DNA of 64,000 bases from Eledone cirrhosa (GCA_964016885.1 OZ024753.1:11284001-11348000); one strand, 5' to 3'; numbered from the stretch's first letter, positions 14,181 to 27,557 are shown. Numbers and translations are program-made. Notes: generated from the letters alone by a model not told the origin.

Positions 14181-14870
14181 AAAGAACTAGAATTGGAAAG
14201 GGAATGAAACACTGTTATGACTTCAGCCTCTATAATTAACCAGAACAGACAGCTGATCAATACACTAATTGAAATTCAATTAAATCATCACAGAACATTT
14301 TTTTCAATAAATGAGAAATCTAATTTGAAATTTGGGATTTTCTTATTTTTAATTTTTATGTCTCTTCTTTCATTTATAGTATACGTTAGTTATTGATTTC
14401 TATATTTTAGTTTGGCCATAGGGGAGAAGGCATAACATTTCATAACTTGATCTTTTCTGATTCTTCAATAACTCTTGGGTTTTATGTCAAATTAAAAAAA
14501 TTATCCATCGATTTTATTGAAAGCAATATTTACTTTACGATGGTATTTTTTTTTTCAAAATTTCATTTCTTATAACGTGTATAGTGTTAGGAATATATGA
14601 ATGTGTGCAACGAAGTTACTTTTCTCAAAGAAATTCATGGTGTAATTCTAAGAAAAGGAAGTGGTAATTGTTTACTTTTGTTTTGTTGCTTGGTACAGAT
14701 AATACGAAAACCATACGTTAAATTCTTATCATTCGACGAGAAATCGAATCTTTAAACTGATAAAAACCAAATCTAGTTTGGTAATATTTAGAATTCTGTG
14801 CAGAAAACCACAGCAAATAATGATTTCTTTTGCTAGCAACACTCCACAAATTTCTAGAACTAGTATATTT

Positions 14871-14912
<42 letters not shown>

Positions 14913-15465
14913 ATACATTTATATGTATGAGTATGTAAATATAAACGCGCAAACAGACAGACACATTTACTAAAATACACACTCACAGACATACATTAAC
15001 ACTAACACACACACACACACACAGATATATTCACACAAACACACATACATACATTCACACAAACACACACACACAATACATTTACACATATGCATTCACA
15101 CACATACATTCACACAAACACACACACAATACATTTACACAAACACACACACATATGCATTCACACACATACATTTACACAAACACACACACACATATAT
15201 TCATACAAACACACATACATACATTCACACAAACACACACACAATACGTTCACACAAACACACACACATATGCATTCACACACCTACAAGAAAAAAATAA
15301 TAAACAACCATATATATATATATAGCTATATATATATATATATATATATATATGGAATAATTATATTGCGTTGTTTATTACATATATTAATATATATAGG
15401 TATATATATAGCTATATATATATATAGGGATAGCTATATATATATATAGCTATATATATATATAT

Positions 15466-15875
15466 ATCGTTTCTGAATTTGTTAAGCAAGATTCTTTATC
15501 TGAAAATGTGTGTTGAAACCGATATTGTTATACTTTGGGAGGGTCATGTTGCCAATAAGAAACACACGCACCACATGCTACACTTCAATTTATTATAATA
15601 AATTAATAAATTTATCTTGTTTTTCAAGATGGCGTAGGACAGAACAAAGGAGAGGCACAAACACAAAGAAAAGAATCCCCAGTCACTGAAGAGGTCACAG
15701 AATGTGTGACGAAAGAACTTTGACAATATATAAACAATCATCTGGTTGTGGAACCAAACAAACAACCGGAAATTTATAAATTCCTAAATTTATAAATTTA
15801 TTATAATAAATTGAAGTGAAAGCAACTGGTGCGTGTGTTTCTTATTGGCAACATGACCCTCCCAAAGTATAACTA
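15466..15875 (+). mobile_element. HHR-bearing (TA)n-embedded element, family C, with inverted 3'-end copy at its 5' side
   Basis: 15525-15612 is mirrored at 15790-15875; further family C copies at 25952-26322, 49211-49290, 55587-55620 and 62700-62903. Confidence 0.8.
15682..15724 (+). ncRNA. type I hammerhead ribozyme (minimal)
   Basis: gtca CTGAAGA g gtcaca-gaatg-tgtgac GAAA gaac TT tgac. Confidence 0.82.
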
Positions 15876-15896
15876 TATTTATATATATAGGCATAG

Positions 15897-15959
<63 letters not shown>

Positions 15960-16011
15960 TAGCTACATATATATATATATAACTATATATAGGTATAGCT
16001 ATATATATATA

Positions 16012-16125
<114 letters not shown>

Positions 16126-16132
16126 TATATAG

Positions 16133-16201
<69 letters not shown>

Positions 16202-16232
16202 TTATGTAATAAACAACACAATGCAATTATTT

Positions 16233-16299
16233 CATTTACCAAAGGTTTCGGGAAGACAGGCGACCTCAGCAGGGGTGACCGATATCGTTCATCAGAAAG
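16233..16299 (-). ncRNA. type I hammerhead motif (family shared with 56010-56081)
   Basis: Minus strand: tt CTGATGA ... ccc GAAA cc-ttt-gg TA aa; same downstream tail (attg.gttgtttatta) as 55981-56016 and 15352-15385; weak stem I. Confidence 0.6.
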
Positions 16300-17601
16300 G
16301 TAAATATTTAGCTCTGTACTATACATAGAGCACTCATCCTTCCTTTACCTTTCCTACGGAAATACTTTATATATATATATATATATATATATGCTTATAT
16401 ATATAAACTCATACATATGTATACACAAACACACACACACACACATACATACACACACACATATATATATTGATGTAACACAATATCGGTAGCGAGTCCT
16501 GCGGTTTCAACTAGGTTTCGTCATTCTGAGACTAATCATACATCGTATAATATCCTGATTCGTGGTTTCTTCCCCATCATCTGTTTTATTTAGCTCAGTT
16601 AATCCTTGATTGAACAGAATTCTGATCAAAAGCATATACCAACTAATTAGGAGAGTAAGGTGCGATTTGAGGGAAATGTCACTACCATGTCAAGCAGGTT
16701 GTGTCACTCATGCGACGTTTTCATTTGTGAAAACAACTGGAATCAAAGCCGATATTCATACATATTTATTTATCGTTTTCCTTGCGATATTCTAGAATGT
16801 ACATTGTTGAATATATTGAGTAAGGTAGGGAAACCAACCGTAATAAAACGTTTTCCAATATTCGAATTAGTCAATCTGTTAAACTGTACTAGCAGAGAAT
16901 ATGTGAGTTCAAAGCTAATCTGAGAAATCTGCATGATCGTATAAAAATGAATCCAAGTAAATAATAAGCAAACATACAAATAAGATTCTCGTACTAAACA
17001 TATTCTGCTTTTCCAATGTCGATACTGACGTCATAGTAGTAAGCTGAACAAAATCATAATCTTTATCGACAACAGAAAGCTTGACCCTCTAAATACATTT
17101 AGGCACGTGGCCAAACTTTATATTGTACAATACGAAAATGTTCTGACAGGAAAACAAACAGAGCTTTTCAGTTAACTAAAAGCCATTAAAAGCCAGATTT
17201 AATACATTTCCATTTCGAATGTAAAGTATTTCAGTTGATATCTACTTTAAATCAATGTGAGTTCCAAAGAAAATATCCTGAAAAGAAAAATAAAGTACCA
17301 TTTCTCTGTAACAAGAACCAAAGTGAAATTTGTCTCATATGAAGACAACAAATATAAATAAAATATATTTATTGTCGACCTAAAATAATAGAAACTAAGA
17401 AATATCCAGACAAAGTTTTTATCACGGCTGGAAGTTTATCTCCGGTTGAGTTTGAAGGTTGGAAATAAATTGAGTGTTTTTATTGAGATCCAGTTATCTT
17501 AAATCAAGAAAAGATGGAAGTGTTTAACAAAACCTTTTGACTGAGAACCTTTCAAATAAACATTTCATGTAATTTGGAATCAATAGACTAATTAGTATTA
17601 C

Positions 17602-17641
<40 letters not shown>

Positions 17642-17849
17642 TTTAATTTATCTTGCTTTATGTTCATACGAGTTATCACAAAGTCAGAACCAGAGACCTC
17701 AAGAGACAACAATGTCCGCCATGTTCAAGAAAGAACACGTACACACACACACGTGTATATTTAGTGTTTAGACTTGTGATGTACTTATATTGACAGACTC
17801 TTCCTTAGTATATGGACAGTTCCCATTAGTAATATATGTTGTATTTTTC

Positions 17850-17882
<33 letters not shown>

Positions 17883-17904
17883 GGTATTATTATCAATATG
17901 GTAT

Positions 17905-18095
17905 TTGGATTTGCAGTATCAGTAGAGGGTCGGACGCCATGCTTTGACGCACAGAGTTACGGCTCTTGCCATTCTGAGTTCAAATCCCGCCCAGGTTAAC
18001 TTTGCCTTTCATCCTTACAGGGTCGATAAAATAAAGTACCAGTAATGCACTGGGATAATTGCTGGTCTTGTGCCCAAAGTAGAAACAATTATTAT
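17905..18095 (+). mobile_element. SINE1
   Basis: Full A box, B box, body and (att)n tail. Confidence 0.9.
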
Positions 18096-18097
18096 TA

Positions 18098-18385
18098 TAG
18101 GCTGGCTAACTTGAGGAGGAAAGGGGTGCCCTAGAAGCTGCAGGTGGTTCAGGATTGGTGGGGTACCTGAGACACTCCTGGGTGGCCCCCTCCCTCCATT
18201 GGGGAATTTATTTTGTTATATTTATGCATAGTTTATTTTATATTTTTTTAATATTTTCATTGTTAAATTACTCTTGCTATTATGCACTTTGACTTGAGAT
18301 TATTGTAACCCCCCCCCCCTGTCAGTGTCTTTGTATTGTACCCTACATGTCAGCCCTTGTGGCTAATAAATGAAATCATCATCAT
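18098..18385 (+). mobile_element. LINE 3' end (Tx1/L1-like 3'UTR) in (ATT)n
   Basis: Ends gcccttgtggctaataaatgaaatcatcatcatt(att)n; similar to 18600-18985. Confidence 0.55.
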
Positions 18386-18412
18386 TATTATTATTATTAT
18401 TATTATTATTTA

Positions 18413-18601
18413 GGGTAGTGGATTGGAAGTATCGGTAGAGCGTCGGACACCATGCTTTTCAGCATAGTTACGTCCCTTTACGATCTGAGTTCAAATCCCA
18501 CCGAGGTTAACTTTGCCTTCCATCCTTACGGGGTCCATAAAATAAAATACCAGTAATGCATTGGGATAATTGCTGGCCTTGTGCCAAAAGTAGAAACAAT
18601 T
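18413..18601 (+). mobile_element. SINE1
   Basis: Full body. Confidence 0.9.
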
Positions 18602-18604
18602 TTA

Positions 18605-18978
18605 TTTGAAAAGGAAAATCATGGTAGAGAGGGAAGTGCTCTCTTCCCAGCTTTTTGTTGAAAGATGGGTGAGAGAGGCAAGAATGGACCGAGTGAATGG
18701 ACCTACTCTGAGTATATGCCTGTAAATTGAAGGTGGAAAACTGGGAGAGGACACTTGCCCTGGTGGTCAGGGTCACCGTGGCTTTTTTTAATGGGCTTTC
18801 TCCATGATGGCCCTCGGAAGTCTCCCCCCTACTGGGGAATTTTTCATTGTTCTTTTTATTACATCCTCTGTTTTTTGGGGTTTTTTTACACGCAGAAATG
18901 CCCATTTGTACCGTCCTGTATTGACCTGTACTGTCCTTAATGTCTACTTTATGTAAACCTTTGTGGTTAATAAAGAAA

Positions 18979-19028
<50 letters not shown>

Positions 19029-19130
19029 ATTTACACGCACAAAACCCACATCGTACCGTCCTGTACCGTCCTGTTCCGTCTGTAATGTTTTTCTTGATGT
19101 CTGCCCTTGTGGCCAATAAAGAAATCATTA
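18605..19130 (+). mobile_element. Tx1/L1-like LINE 3' end (ORF2 C-terminus plus 3'UTR) and an extra 3' tail copy
   Basis: Reads LKRKIMVEREVLSSQLFVERWVREARMDRVNGPTLSICL*, followed by ttgtgg..aataaagaaatc(att)n tails at ~18960 and ~19110. Confidence 0.55.
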
Positions 19131-19149
19131 TTATTATTATTATTATTAG

Positions 19150-19345
19150 GGCGGTGGATTGGCAGTATCGGTAGAGGGTCGGACGCCATGCTTTCCAGCA
19201 TAGTTACGTCCCTTTACGATCTGAGTTCAAATCCCGCCGAGGTTGACTTTGCCTTTCATCCTTACGGGGTCGATAAAATAAAGTACCAGTAATGCACTGG
19301 ATAATTGCTGGCCTTGTGCCTAAAGTAGAAACAATTATTATTATT
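19150..19345 (+). mobile_element. SINE1
   Basis: Near-consensus copy. Confidence 0.92.
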
Positions 19346-21221
19346 ATTACTATTTGTTTTTATTGTTGACGGAATAGGAAGCCATACGACAGAGATTATG
19401 TCATTTTCCCATGTCTCTAATACTGACAGGAGGAAAGTTTTACTTGAAACACACTCGATTCTGTTAAAGACAGGTATGATCCTGCTGGTAGAAATAAAGA
19501 GACTCTGAGTTAAGTCTGTGCGGTATATTTTCTATTTTCTTTAGATCGTAAAAACAGAGAAACACAGTAAACAGTAGATTTATAACCAGGAAGTTGGAAG
19601 AAGAGAAAAACAAATTAGTCAGACATAAATATCTGTTTGTTTATTCATACTGTCTGTAATAAGTCGGTTTATGTCAACAATATTTGTTGGAAGGCAAAGA
19701 ACGAAAACAGGTGTACCTAGACGTAAGATATATTTTAAATGTATTTGCAGTCACTTGACCTGCTAGAAGTAGCAGCCAATTATCACATAATCGCTTGACG
19801 TCTTAAAATGGAAGAACATATGGTTGGTATGACTGAATTTGGACTTAATAGCAGTAATAGAGGCAAAAGAAAGTACCTCTGCATGGTTTATCTATATACT
19901 ACTAAAATTCTGTAATTGCTTCCTTGCTTGCTTGCTTGCTTGCTTGTCTGTAATGTAATACAACAAAAGGGCGCACAATGGGAAAAAAACTTTGAAAGGA
20001 AGTTGACCCTGAAATGAGAATACAAATGGAATAAAACAAGTTTCGCGTAAATCGAAGCACGGGTTCCCGAGAGATGTGGTGGTGTTGTTGTATATATATA
20101 TGTGTATATATATGTGTGTGTCTATCACCAGTGTATATAGATCACAGACACCCACATATATATATATATACACATACACATACATATACATATGTATACA
20201 CACACACACACATTTATATACATACATACACACACGTATAAATATGGGCCTTCCAGTTTCATTTCACGTTATATAGATGTCTGTGTATATTTTAATTATT
20301 TGAAAATTATTTTTAAGTGAACATGATTTTAAAAAAAAATATTTTGAAGTGAATGTGACCCAACGGGTGACGGGTGGTCTGGTATAATACTAACATTTGC
20401 AAGAAATTTCATTCAAATCCCTCCCTACTGCAATAAAAAGATGATGAAGACGTAGGTGGTGGGGTGGTTAAGACTGAAATGCCTTTGCTCAAATCTCTGC
20501 TCACCTAGAGCTTACCTGGTACCTGAACAGCGACAAGTAACAGAAGAATATAAATGAGATACAGTGACATTTTGTTTTAAAACTAAACTGATCTAGTCTT
20601 GCTTCCATATTTGTAGTCCTGATCGATTAGTTATCTTTGAGACAATTCATACAGATGACTAAATACTTGGTAGCATTTATCGCATGGAAGAATAGGAAAT
20701 CAGATTTAAAAAAAATCTGTTTTCCAAAATTTTAAAGACAAAAGCTAAAAGCTTCAAGATTTTTTAATGAGATATAACAAAACTGATTTGAATTTAAACC
20801 TTTTCACAGTGATTGGCTATCTGATTTTTGACATGTCACATTATTCTGTTTCTTTAGCATAAATGACATCTATTGTTAGCTTATCTAACAGCGGATATAA
20901 TTTCCACAGCATGGTTCACTAGTTAATGGAGGGATGTGTATCAACATATAAAATCCTTTCTTATGAATATGAAACTGCTTAAATTTGCTGAGAACATCAA
21001 AATTCCAAAAGTATTGAAAATGAAATTGAAAAACAAAAACAAAAAATAACAGAATATCTTTCTACGCTTTTAAGAAAAACAAATTGCCATGCCAACGCGG
21101 AACAACCACGAGGAGGCAGGAATGGTGTTTCGATATGTAAAAAAACTGTTTCTAAATAATATGAAATTTTTTAAATATAAAGAGAAAACCGTATTTAAAG
21201 TAACATGGAAGATAAAAATAA

Positions 21222-21385
21222 ATAATTCTTTCTACTTTTGGCACAAGGCCAGCAATTACCCCAGTGCAGTACTGGTGTTTTATTTTGCCGACCTCGTAAA
21301 GTTAACCTCGGCGGGATTTGAACTCAGACCATAAAGGGCCGTATCTGTTTGTTGCAAAGCATGGAGTCCGACCCTTTACCGATAA
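21222..21385 (-). mobile_element. SINE1 (internally deleted)
   Basis: Reverse complement of tail, B box and A box. Confidence 0.85.
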
Positions 21386-23149
21386 TGGAATAATGTTTGT
21401 TTTACGGCTTATACAAAGAGTGAAGACGTGTGCCCCTGAGCCATATTAGGGCAGTCATGGTTTGTGAGACGAAGGGAGAAAGGAAGGTATGCACACCCCA
21501 AAATGGAGACATGGTTTGAATATTTTGAACAAGCGGAACTCCACATATGGCACAGAAGACCCTTGTGGACATGCTCACCTCAGTAACGTATTAAGTCTAC
21601 CACCCAGAGTTGAGCTGCTAGAAAGAATGCAGCAGTTTCCAAAATAGACTGTATTGTTTTACAAACTGAAGGAAGAAATTTGTAATATAATCTTAGAAGT
21701 AATATTTCTTTAGAATATAAATTAAAATAAACCAGATACGAATATTTAGTGTCGCCTCACTGACGTCCATCGTAAGATTTACAACAAGTCATCTAAAAGT
21801 AATCTGGATGAATAGTTTGTTTATATATTTGGTTTTACTCGTAATAATTCTTCTGAGCAGAAACTAAAGAGATGCTGAAGATTAAGACGTCCAGGTAAGT
21901 GAAACGTGGACACAATTAACACAGGAAAATAGATAATTACAAAATATATTCATTCGTCGTTTCTTCATGTAATACTTGACCACCTCCGCAAAATCAGGAT
22001 GACAGTAGCCTGTCTGAAGAAAGATGGCCGCCAGGTGGGATGGCTGATGCTGTTGCCATTTCGTCTGCAGGGCGTTGCTGAACCACTGCTCTGATCTAGG
22101 TGTATAATCTGTCACTTCCCTCCTTCTTTCTTTCATTACCTAACAAACCTTGCTATTTGCCTTCTTTTCCTCTCATTTATAGAATTTATAGTTTTTCCCA
22201 ATGCAACTTTCTTTTTCTATATGTTTGACTAAATAATAATTTTTTATTTTTTATGTAGTTTTGTCCTAGTAATAGCCGTCACATACCTATATGTATACAG
22301 CTATGTCGGACAGAACTATTAATTCTATATTTGAGTATTTCGAAATAAAATAATTTGACATTTACCATTAAAAGAATAACAACACAATTTAAGAATAAGT
22401 TTCTGAATTGGACATGATGTTGAATGTTTAAAGAATGCACTATAAATGGGAACCTTGATTAGGGTTTTAAAGATATTTTGCAGCTAGATAAAGCAATTCA
22501 ATAGATCACATAAAATCATATTTGCAGTAAAATGTGCTCCAGATTTTATGCAGATTCTTTGACAGATAATATATATTGTTTTTGGTGTTTTACATTTCAT
22601 AGTTCTCTTTGACTGAAGGTGTTTAAGTTCAAATGTTACCGGGGTAATCTTTATTTTACCTTCCGCTGTAGCCAGACACAAGAAACGCTAAGTAAGAATA
22701 ATCTCAATCTGGAAGGAAATCACTATATAGTAAATTAGATCAATTAATTTCCTCATTCTAGTTACGAATGATTAATTTAAAATGATGACGACCAGCTGTC
22801 TATTGAGACTTTCTATATCAAAAGGATTTAATTTGCATTTCGGATAAATTTCACTATAGAAATTTAATAGAAGTAAACTTTTGGTAGAAGAAAATTGAAA
22901 TATATTACCTTCATGGATGTAATCGTGACACTTTGAAATTCATTTCACTTTATATTGTTATAACACTAAAGATTGGGGAACCGAAAATATAATTTATTAT
23001 TAGACTTCCACATTGCCTATTATAGTTTTAAAGAATTCAATGATCCAATAGTAACATTGATTACAGTGGAATATGAATATATGCTTAAAATTTGATTGAA
23101 ATACAGTGTTGCGTCAAGTGACTGGCGGGGACTTGTAGTTGAAATATGA

Positions 23150-23366
23150 AATATTGCTAGGATGCCACTACACTCAAGCAACAGTAAATTGTGGTCAGTA
23201 GAATGCCAAACCTTGCTTTACTATAGTGAGTTAAAGTAGAGCAAGAACGATGATGGTCAGGGAAAAATTCTAAGCACCGACGAGGAGAGTCAGAGTAGGT
23301 TATTTTGGAGTGATATCAAGTCGGGAATTAGGGCGGACGTTTAAAATCATTAATCTGATAGTGGAC
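23150..23366 (-). pseudogene. possible decayed LINE AP-endonuclease fragment
   Basis: Minus strand gives ..INDFKRP.. (GDFN-like) and ..HSTDHNLLLLEC (SDH-like) with frameshifts. Confidence 0.3.
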
Positions 23367-23742
23367 CACACTTTGCGTGGTGTCAAATCTACCTGACACA
23401 TGCGTTAATTGATACAGATCATACAGCAATACTTAGCTATGTGCACCAGAGCATCATCAGAAGACTGTCCCATCGTTCGAACAACAGGAATATTGATCAT
23501 CGAAGCTAGATTAAACGTCTTATTGGACGTAATCAAAGAGTCGACGAAAGTTTCAATTTACTAATTGCATCATCTATAGATCATTTGAAAAATAATGAGT
23601 GACGAATTAAATTGGCTACTCGGTGTTTAACATAAGTTACGTGCGTTGGAAATAGGGGTTCTATATGTTATAAATAAGGCCGGGACGACACGATCATCAA
23701 TTAACGCATATCTCAGGTAGATTTGACGCCACGCAATGTGTG
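23367..23742. mobile_element. non-autonomous TIR element with CAC termini and 2-bp TSD (CMC/EnSpm-like)
   Basis: ~47-bp TIRs cacac.ttgcgtgg.gtcaaatctacctga.a.atgcgttaattgat; 'ac' on both flanks (23365-66, 23743-44). Confidence 0.7.
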
Positions 23743-24150
23743 ACGCGGCTGGCAGTGTGAGCTGCAAGCACTGTCCATCCGACAAGAATAGTCCAGATGG
23801 AATGGCTCTTCTAGCGCATCTCCCTTACCATTCTCCGGGGAAACGCCTTCTCCATTCTCTCCGCCGGGGCTGTGGGGCGGCCAGCACGTGGGACCCCATT
23901 TGTTCACCATACAGAGAGATGGGGAGGGCGAGAGAGATGGGGGGCGATGACGGTGGGAGTTCGGCTCTTCCGTGTTCGGACACATTGTACCTGTCAAGAG
24001 TGTTTTTTCATAGAGTCCATTCTATTAGAAATGGTTGTAGGTAACACCCAGCCCGGAACTGTCTATTTGACGGGCTTCAAAAACGTTTAGGCCACTCACA
24101 ATCTAAGATCAACGGGAGACTCAAGACTATAGTAAATAACACGCACCAAT

Positions 24151-24302
24151 TACCGTATTTCCCGGCGCCGTAGAAGCTTCGTTCTCGAGGCGACACCCTA
24201 ATTTTGACAACCAAAAATACAACCTCCGAGCTCCAAGACGTATGGTAGATGTTTGAGACTTATTTTACGAAAAAAGTAGCGTCTTCGCTGGGAAATACGG
24301 TA
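24151..24302. mobile_element. Tc1/pogo-type MITE
   Basis: ta-ccgtatttccc ... gggaaatacgg-ta; TA target site. Confidence 0.8.
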
Positions 24303-24837
24303 TAAAACGCAGTGGGATTCAACTTGATACTTTATAATTGCGAAGTTAACTTCATTCAGCGACAATTCGTTAATTTTTATATATCAAATTATCTAGTTCA
24401 GTATACCATAGAATATCACAAGATATCACAGTCAATCGATTTTGAATATTTACTAAATTTACTGTAAAAATGTGCTTTCGTCTGAAAAGCAGTATACTAT
24501 GTAAATAAAGTAATCAATAGGGGTAATTGTAATGCAATGGTATATGTTAGAGTTGATAATGAGGAGGTAAATGTTAGAGTATTGATTTATATTAATTATT
24601 TTTATCGTATCATCATTACATTATAACATTCTACTAAATTAGTGAGTCTATCTGAGGAATAAACGACCCACCACTAATTCACGCTGAAATGAATAGAAAT
24701 TATGAAATATTCTTTCTAATAGTCGAGGTTTGTTAGCAGAAAAATTAAATTTGCCATGTTTATTACTGTTTTTCTCGTTCTATTTTCAGTCACTGGCAAG
24801 TTTAACTTTAACTTGCAATCTATTTGGATCGATAAAA

Positions 24838-25039
24838 TACGAGGTTTGGCTGATAGGTTCATAAACTAATTATGAAGAAATGATGCTAGCGCTGTGAAAT
24901 CTTACATGCATTAATTTCAACTCTTTTTATTAATAACTGCATTGTTTCTTTTCAGGGACTAAGTTGAAAAATAAACCTCATTTGGTCATTCCATGAGAGT
25001 ATCTTGGTCAGCCTAGGAAATATTCAGCCGAGCTTCGTA
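24838..25039. mobile_element. Mariner-type MITE
   Basis: tacgaggtttggctgata... and ...attcagccgagcttcgta imperfect TIRs with TA ends. Confidence 0.72.
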
Positions 25040-25154
25040 TGTTACAGTCAAGTACTGAAATCGATTTAATTGACTTTCCCGCCAATCAACTTGTTGACCT
25101 TGTGCCTACATTGGCAACTATTATTGTTAGATGGTGTTAGGGTGGTTGATCGTC

Positions 25155-25350
25155 ATAATCGGTAGAGCGTCTGATAAAATACTTTGCGGTTTTTAGGAAT
25201 TTCTACGTCCTGAGTTCAAATTTCGCCGAGGTCAACTTTGCGCTTCATCCACTCGGGCTCAATAAGATAAAATACCATTTAAGTAATGGTCTCCACAAAA
25301 TTAACTTTCACCTTCGCCATAAATTACTGGTATTGTGCATATGCTAGAAA
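25155..25350 (+). mobile_element. older diverged SINE1
   Basis: aatcggtagagcgtc...gagttcaaatttcgccgaggtcaactttg. Confidence 0.7.
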
Positions 25351-25893
25351 GAATTGATAAAATGTTGGACAAACTACATGAGTTCGAATCCTACTTAAAT
25401 CAACGTTGCCTTTTGTGATCAGTAATAGGTGTTCAGCAATAGGTCAACCATGACAATACAGACTCATAATCAAAGGAATTCCGACCGTGACCATCCAATA
25501 AAGTTGCATATCAGGAAATACATCGTCCAATATATCCAGAACACTGCTGAATACCCCCACCACCACCATCTCCACCTCCTGGAATAAATCTGAAAATAAG
25601 TGGCAGCAACATTTAAAAACGCAAACAAGCGAAGAAAATGTAAGTCAGATGAAGTACTATGTAATGTCTTTAGGTAACAATTGGATATCTGTTGCTGTCA
25701 GTTCAGTATGTCGGCAGTTAGATTAAACATGGCTGACGGTTCATCTTTGGCGAAAAGTGCTTTAAACCTTCTATTAACACATTTCAAACTGAGTATAATT
25801 TTCAAATTTTGAAAATAATCAATAATTTGGTGTGATTTAATAAAATAACTAACTTATTAAGATTGCGTGTTTAGAACATAAAAATGACGGAAT

Positions 25894-25951
<58 letters not shown>

Positions 25952-25955
<4 letters not shown>

Positions 25956-26123
25956 CGTTTCTGAATTTGTTTAGCAAGATTCTTTATCTGAAATCGTGTG
26001 TTGAAACCGATATTGTTATACTTTGGGAGGGTCATGTTGCCAATAAGAAACACACGCACCAGTTGCTTCACTTCAATTTATTATAATAAATGGTTGGTTG
26101 GTTGGTTCCACAACCAGATAGCT

Positions 26124-26187
<64 letters not shown>

Positions 26188-26322
26188 AACTATCTGGTTG
26201 TGGAACCAACCAACCAACCAGAAATTTATAAATTTATAAATTTATTATAATAAATTGAAGTGAAAGCAACTGGTGCGTGTGTTTCTTATTGGCAACATGG
26301 CCCTCCCAAATAATAACAATAT
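25952..26322. mobile_element. family C element arms inverted around (TA)n
   Basis: 26010-26130 mirrored at 26183-26322. Confidence 0.85.
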
Positions 26323-26330
26323 ATATATAT

Positions 26331-26844
26331 ATAAATGGAATAGAATGAAACGAAATTTCATTTCTTATTCTTAGTACGGCACTTACTTAAATGTAAGTAT
26401 GTATGTATACGTTCATACATACTTAAATGTAAGTATGTATGTATACGTACATACATATATGTATACAGACGTACAGTAGTATGTATATATATACATACAT
26501 GCACACACATATATATATGCACGTATCGGTTTACCGAACATTTATTATAATGCTCGGTTTGTTTGTTTGTAAACAAACAAACAGCCCGAATTACGCCGTA
26601 CAGTGTTTAGGCAACCACGTCACCTTTTTGTTCAACACTGACACAGGAACGATGTACTAGTTTCAAGCTTATTAGCTACCGTCAGCACCGTATACCTTCC
26701 TGCCAGATGGTTGAACGTCTGAAAGTATATACTTTCCTTATGCATATTAACGGCTGAGCAGCCTAATTTGCATATCGAGTGAGTTCAGTCGGCCGGGCAC
26801 ACGGAAAACGATAAATGGAATAGAATGAAACGAAATTTCATTTC
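26331..26844 (-). mobile_element. 480-bp non-coding HHR-bearing unit with 34-bp terminal direct repeat (retrozyme/PLE-like)
   Basis: ataaatggaatagaatgaaacgaaatttcatttc identical at 26331-26364 and 26811-26844; HHR inside; abuts (TA)n. Confidence 0.6.
26649..26691 (-). ncRNA. type I hammerhead motif (core CUGACGG)
   Basis: Minus strand: acggtg CTGACGG t agct-aata-agct t GAAA ctag TA catcgt. Confidence 0.72.
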
Positions 26845-26959
26845 CCACTGTGTGTGTGTGTATATATATGGGCCTCATTTCCCACCATACCATAAATAGG
26901 TTGGCAACATCGCCATCTATGCTGACGGCAATGACTGCTCCCTCATTCTGGGAATAGAT

Positions 26960-27520
26960 TTAGACGTGGCCCTTTAGGGTACATTTTAATACTATCCCCT
27001 ACCGCATGTGCGATCATTTTTCTCACTAGATTGTTGTTCTTGGGTGTCCGTAAGGCTTTGTCCCATCCATTCCATGGAAGTCTTTTTAGCCATTGAAGAT
27101 ATGGTGGGGCAAAAACTGTTAAGGCCACAATTATTTAAGTATTCACTGTCACATGTAAGTCTAAGTAGGAGGCCCAGTTCATCTGTGTCAACGTCACAGA
27201 ACTCTACCCCATTCTCACTGATTATTTCCACATATTTTTCCACAGAAAAATGGATGTCTATGGATGGGTACAGTGATACTACATCCATACTGTCTATTAT
27301 GCAGTTTGTTAAGTCTTGACGAGGTCCTCTGTGCTGTCACATACATCAGAGGACATCTTAATTATGGCGCGTATGTCAAAGAGAGGAAGTAGATCTTGTA
27401 CTTGCTAGTAATATTGGCTCTGCATACAGGTTTTGTTGGGGGTCTTTAGTTGATTTATGGTCTTTGCGGAGCCCATAAAAGGTTGGTATGTCATTGTTAG
27501 AGGCTTGGAAATTATTGGTT
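26960..27520 (-). pseudogene. Penelope-like element reverse transcriptase fragment (frameshifted)
   Basis: Minus strand reads DIPTFYGLRKDHK, KPVCRAN, DVCDSTEDL, IIDSMDVVSLYPSID, matching the PLE RT motifs YGLPKxHK / RPI / D-x-x-SLY. Confidence 0.8.
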
Positions 27521-27557
27521 AAATTATTCGAGTATCTTCAATAAAAACCACCATTGT

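Noticed and set aside
19150-19250. tRNA genes at A/B-box sites
   Set aside because: No cloverleaf; these are SINE heads continuous with a conserved body and tail.
21861-21900. Plus-strand donor cag|gtaagt
   Set aside because: Upstream acceptor is weak and there are no supporting exons.
21882-22136. 84-aa ORF (TKWQQHQPSHLAAIFL), faintly hAT-transposase-like or exon-like
   Set aside because: Only a loose motif resemblance; no TIRs or convincing donor site.
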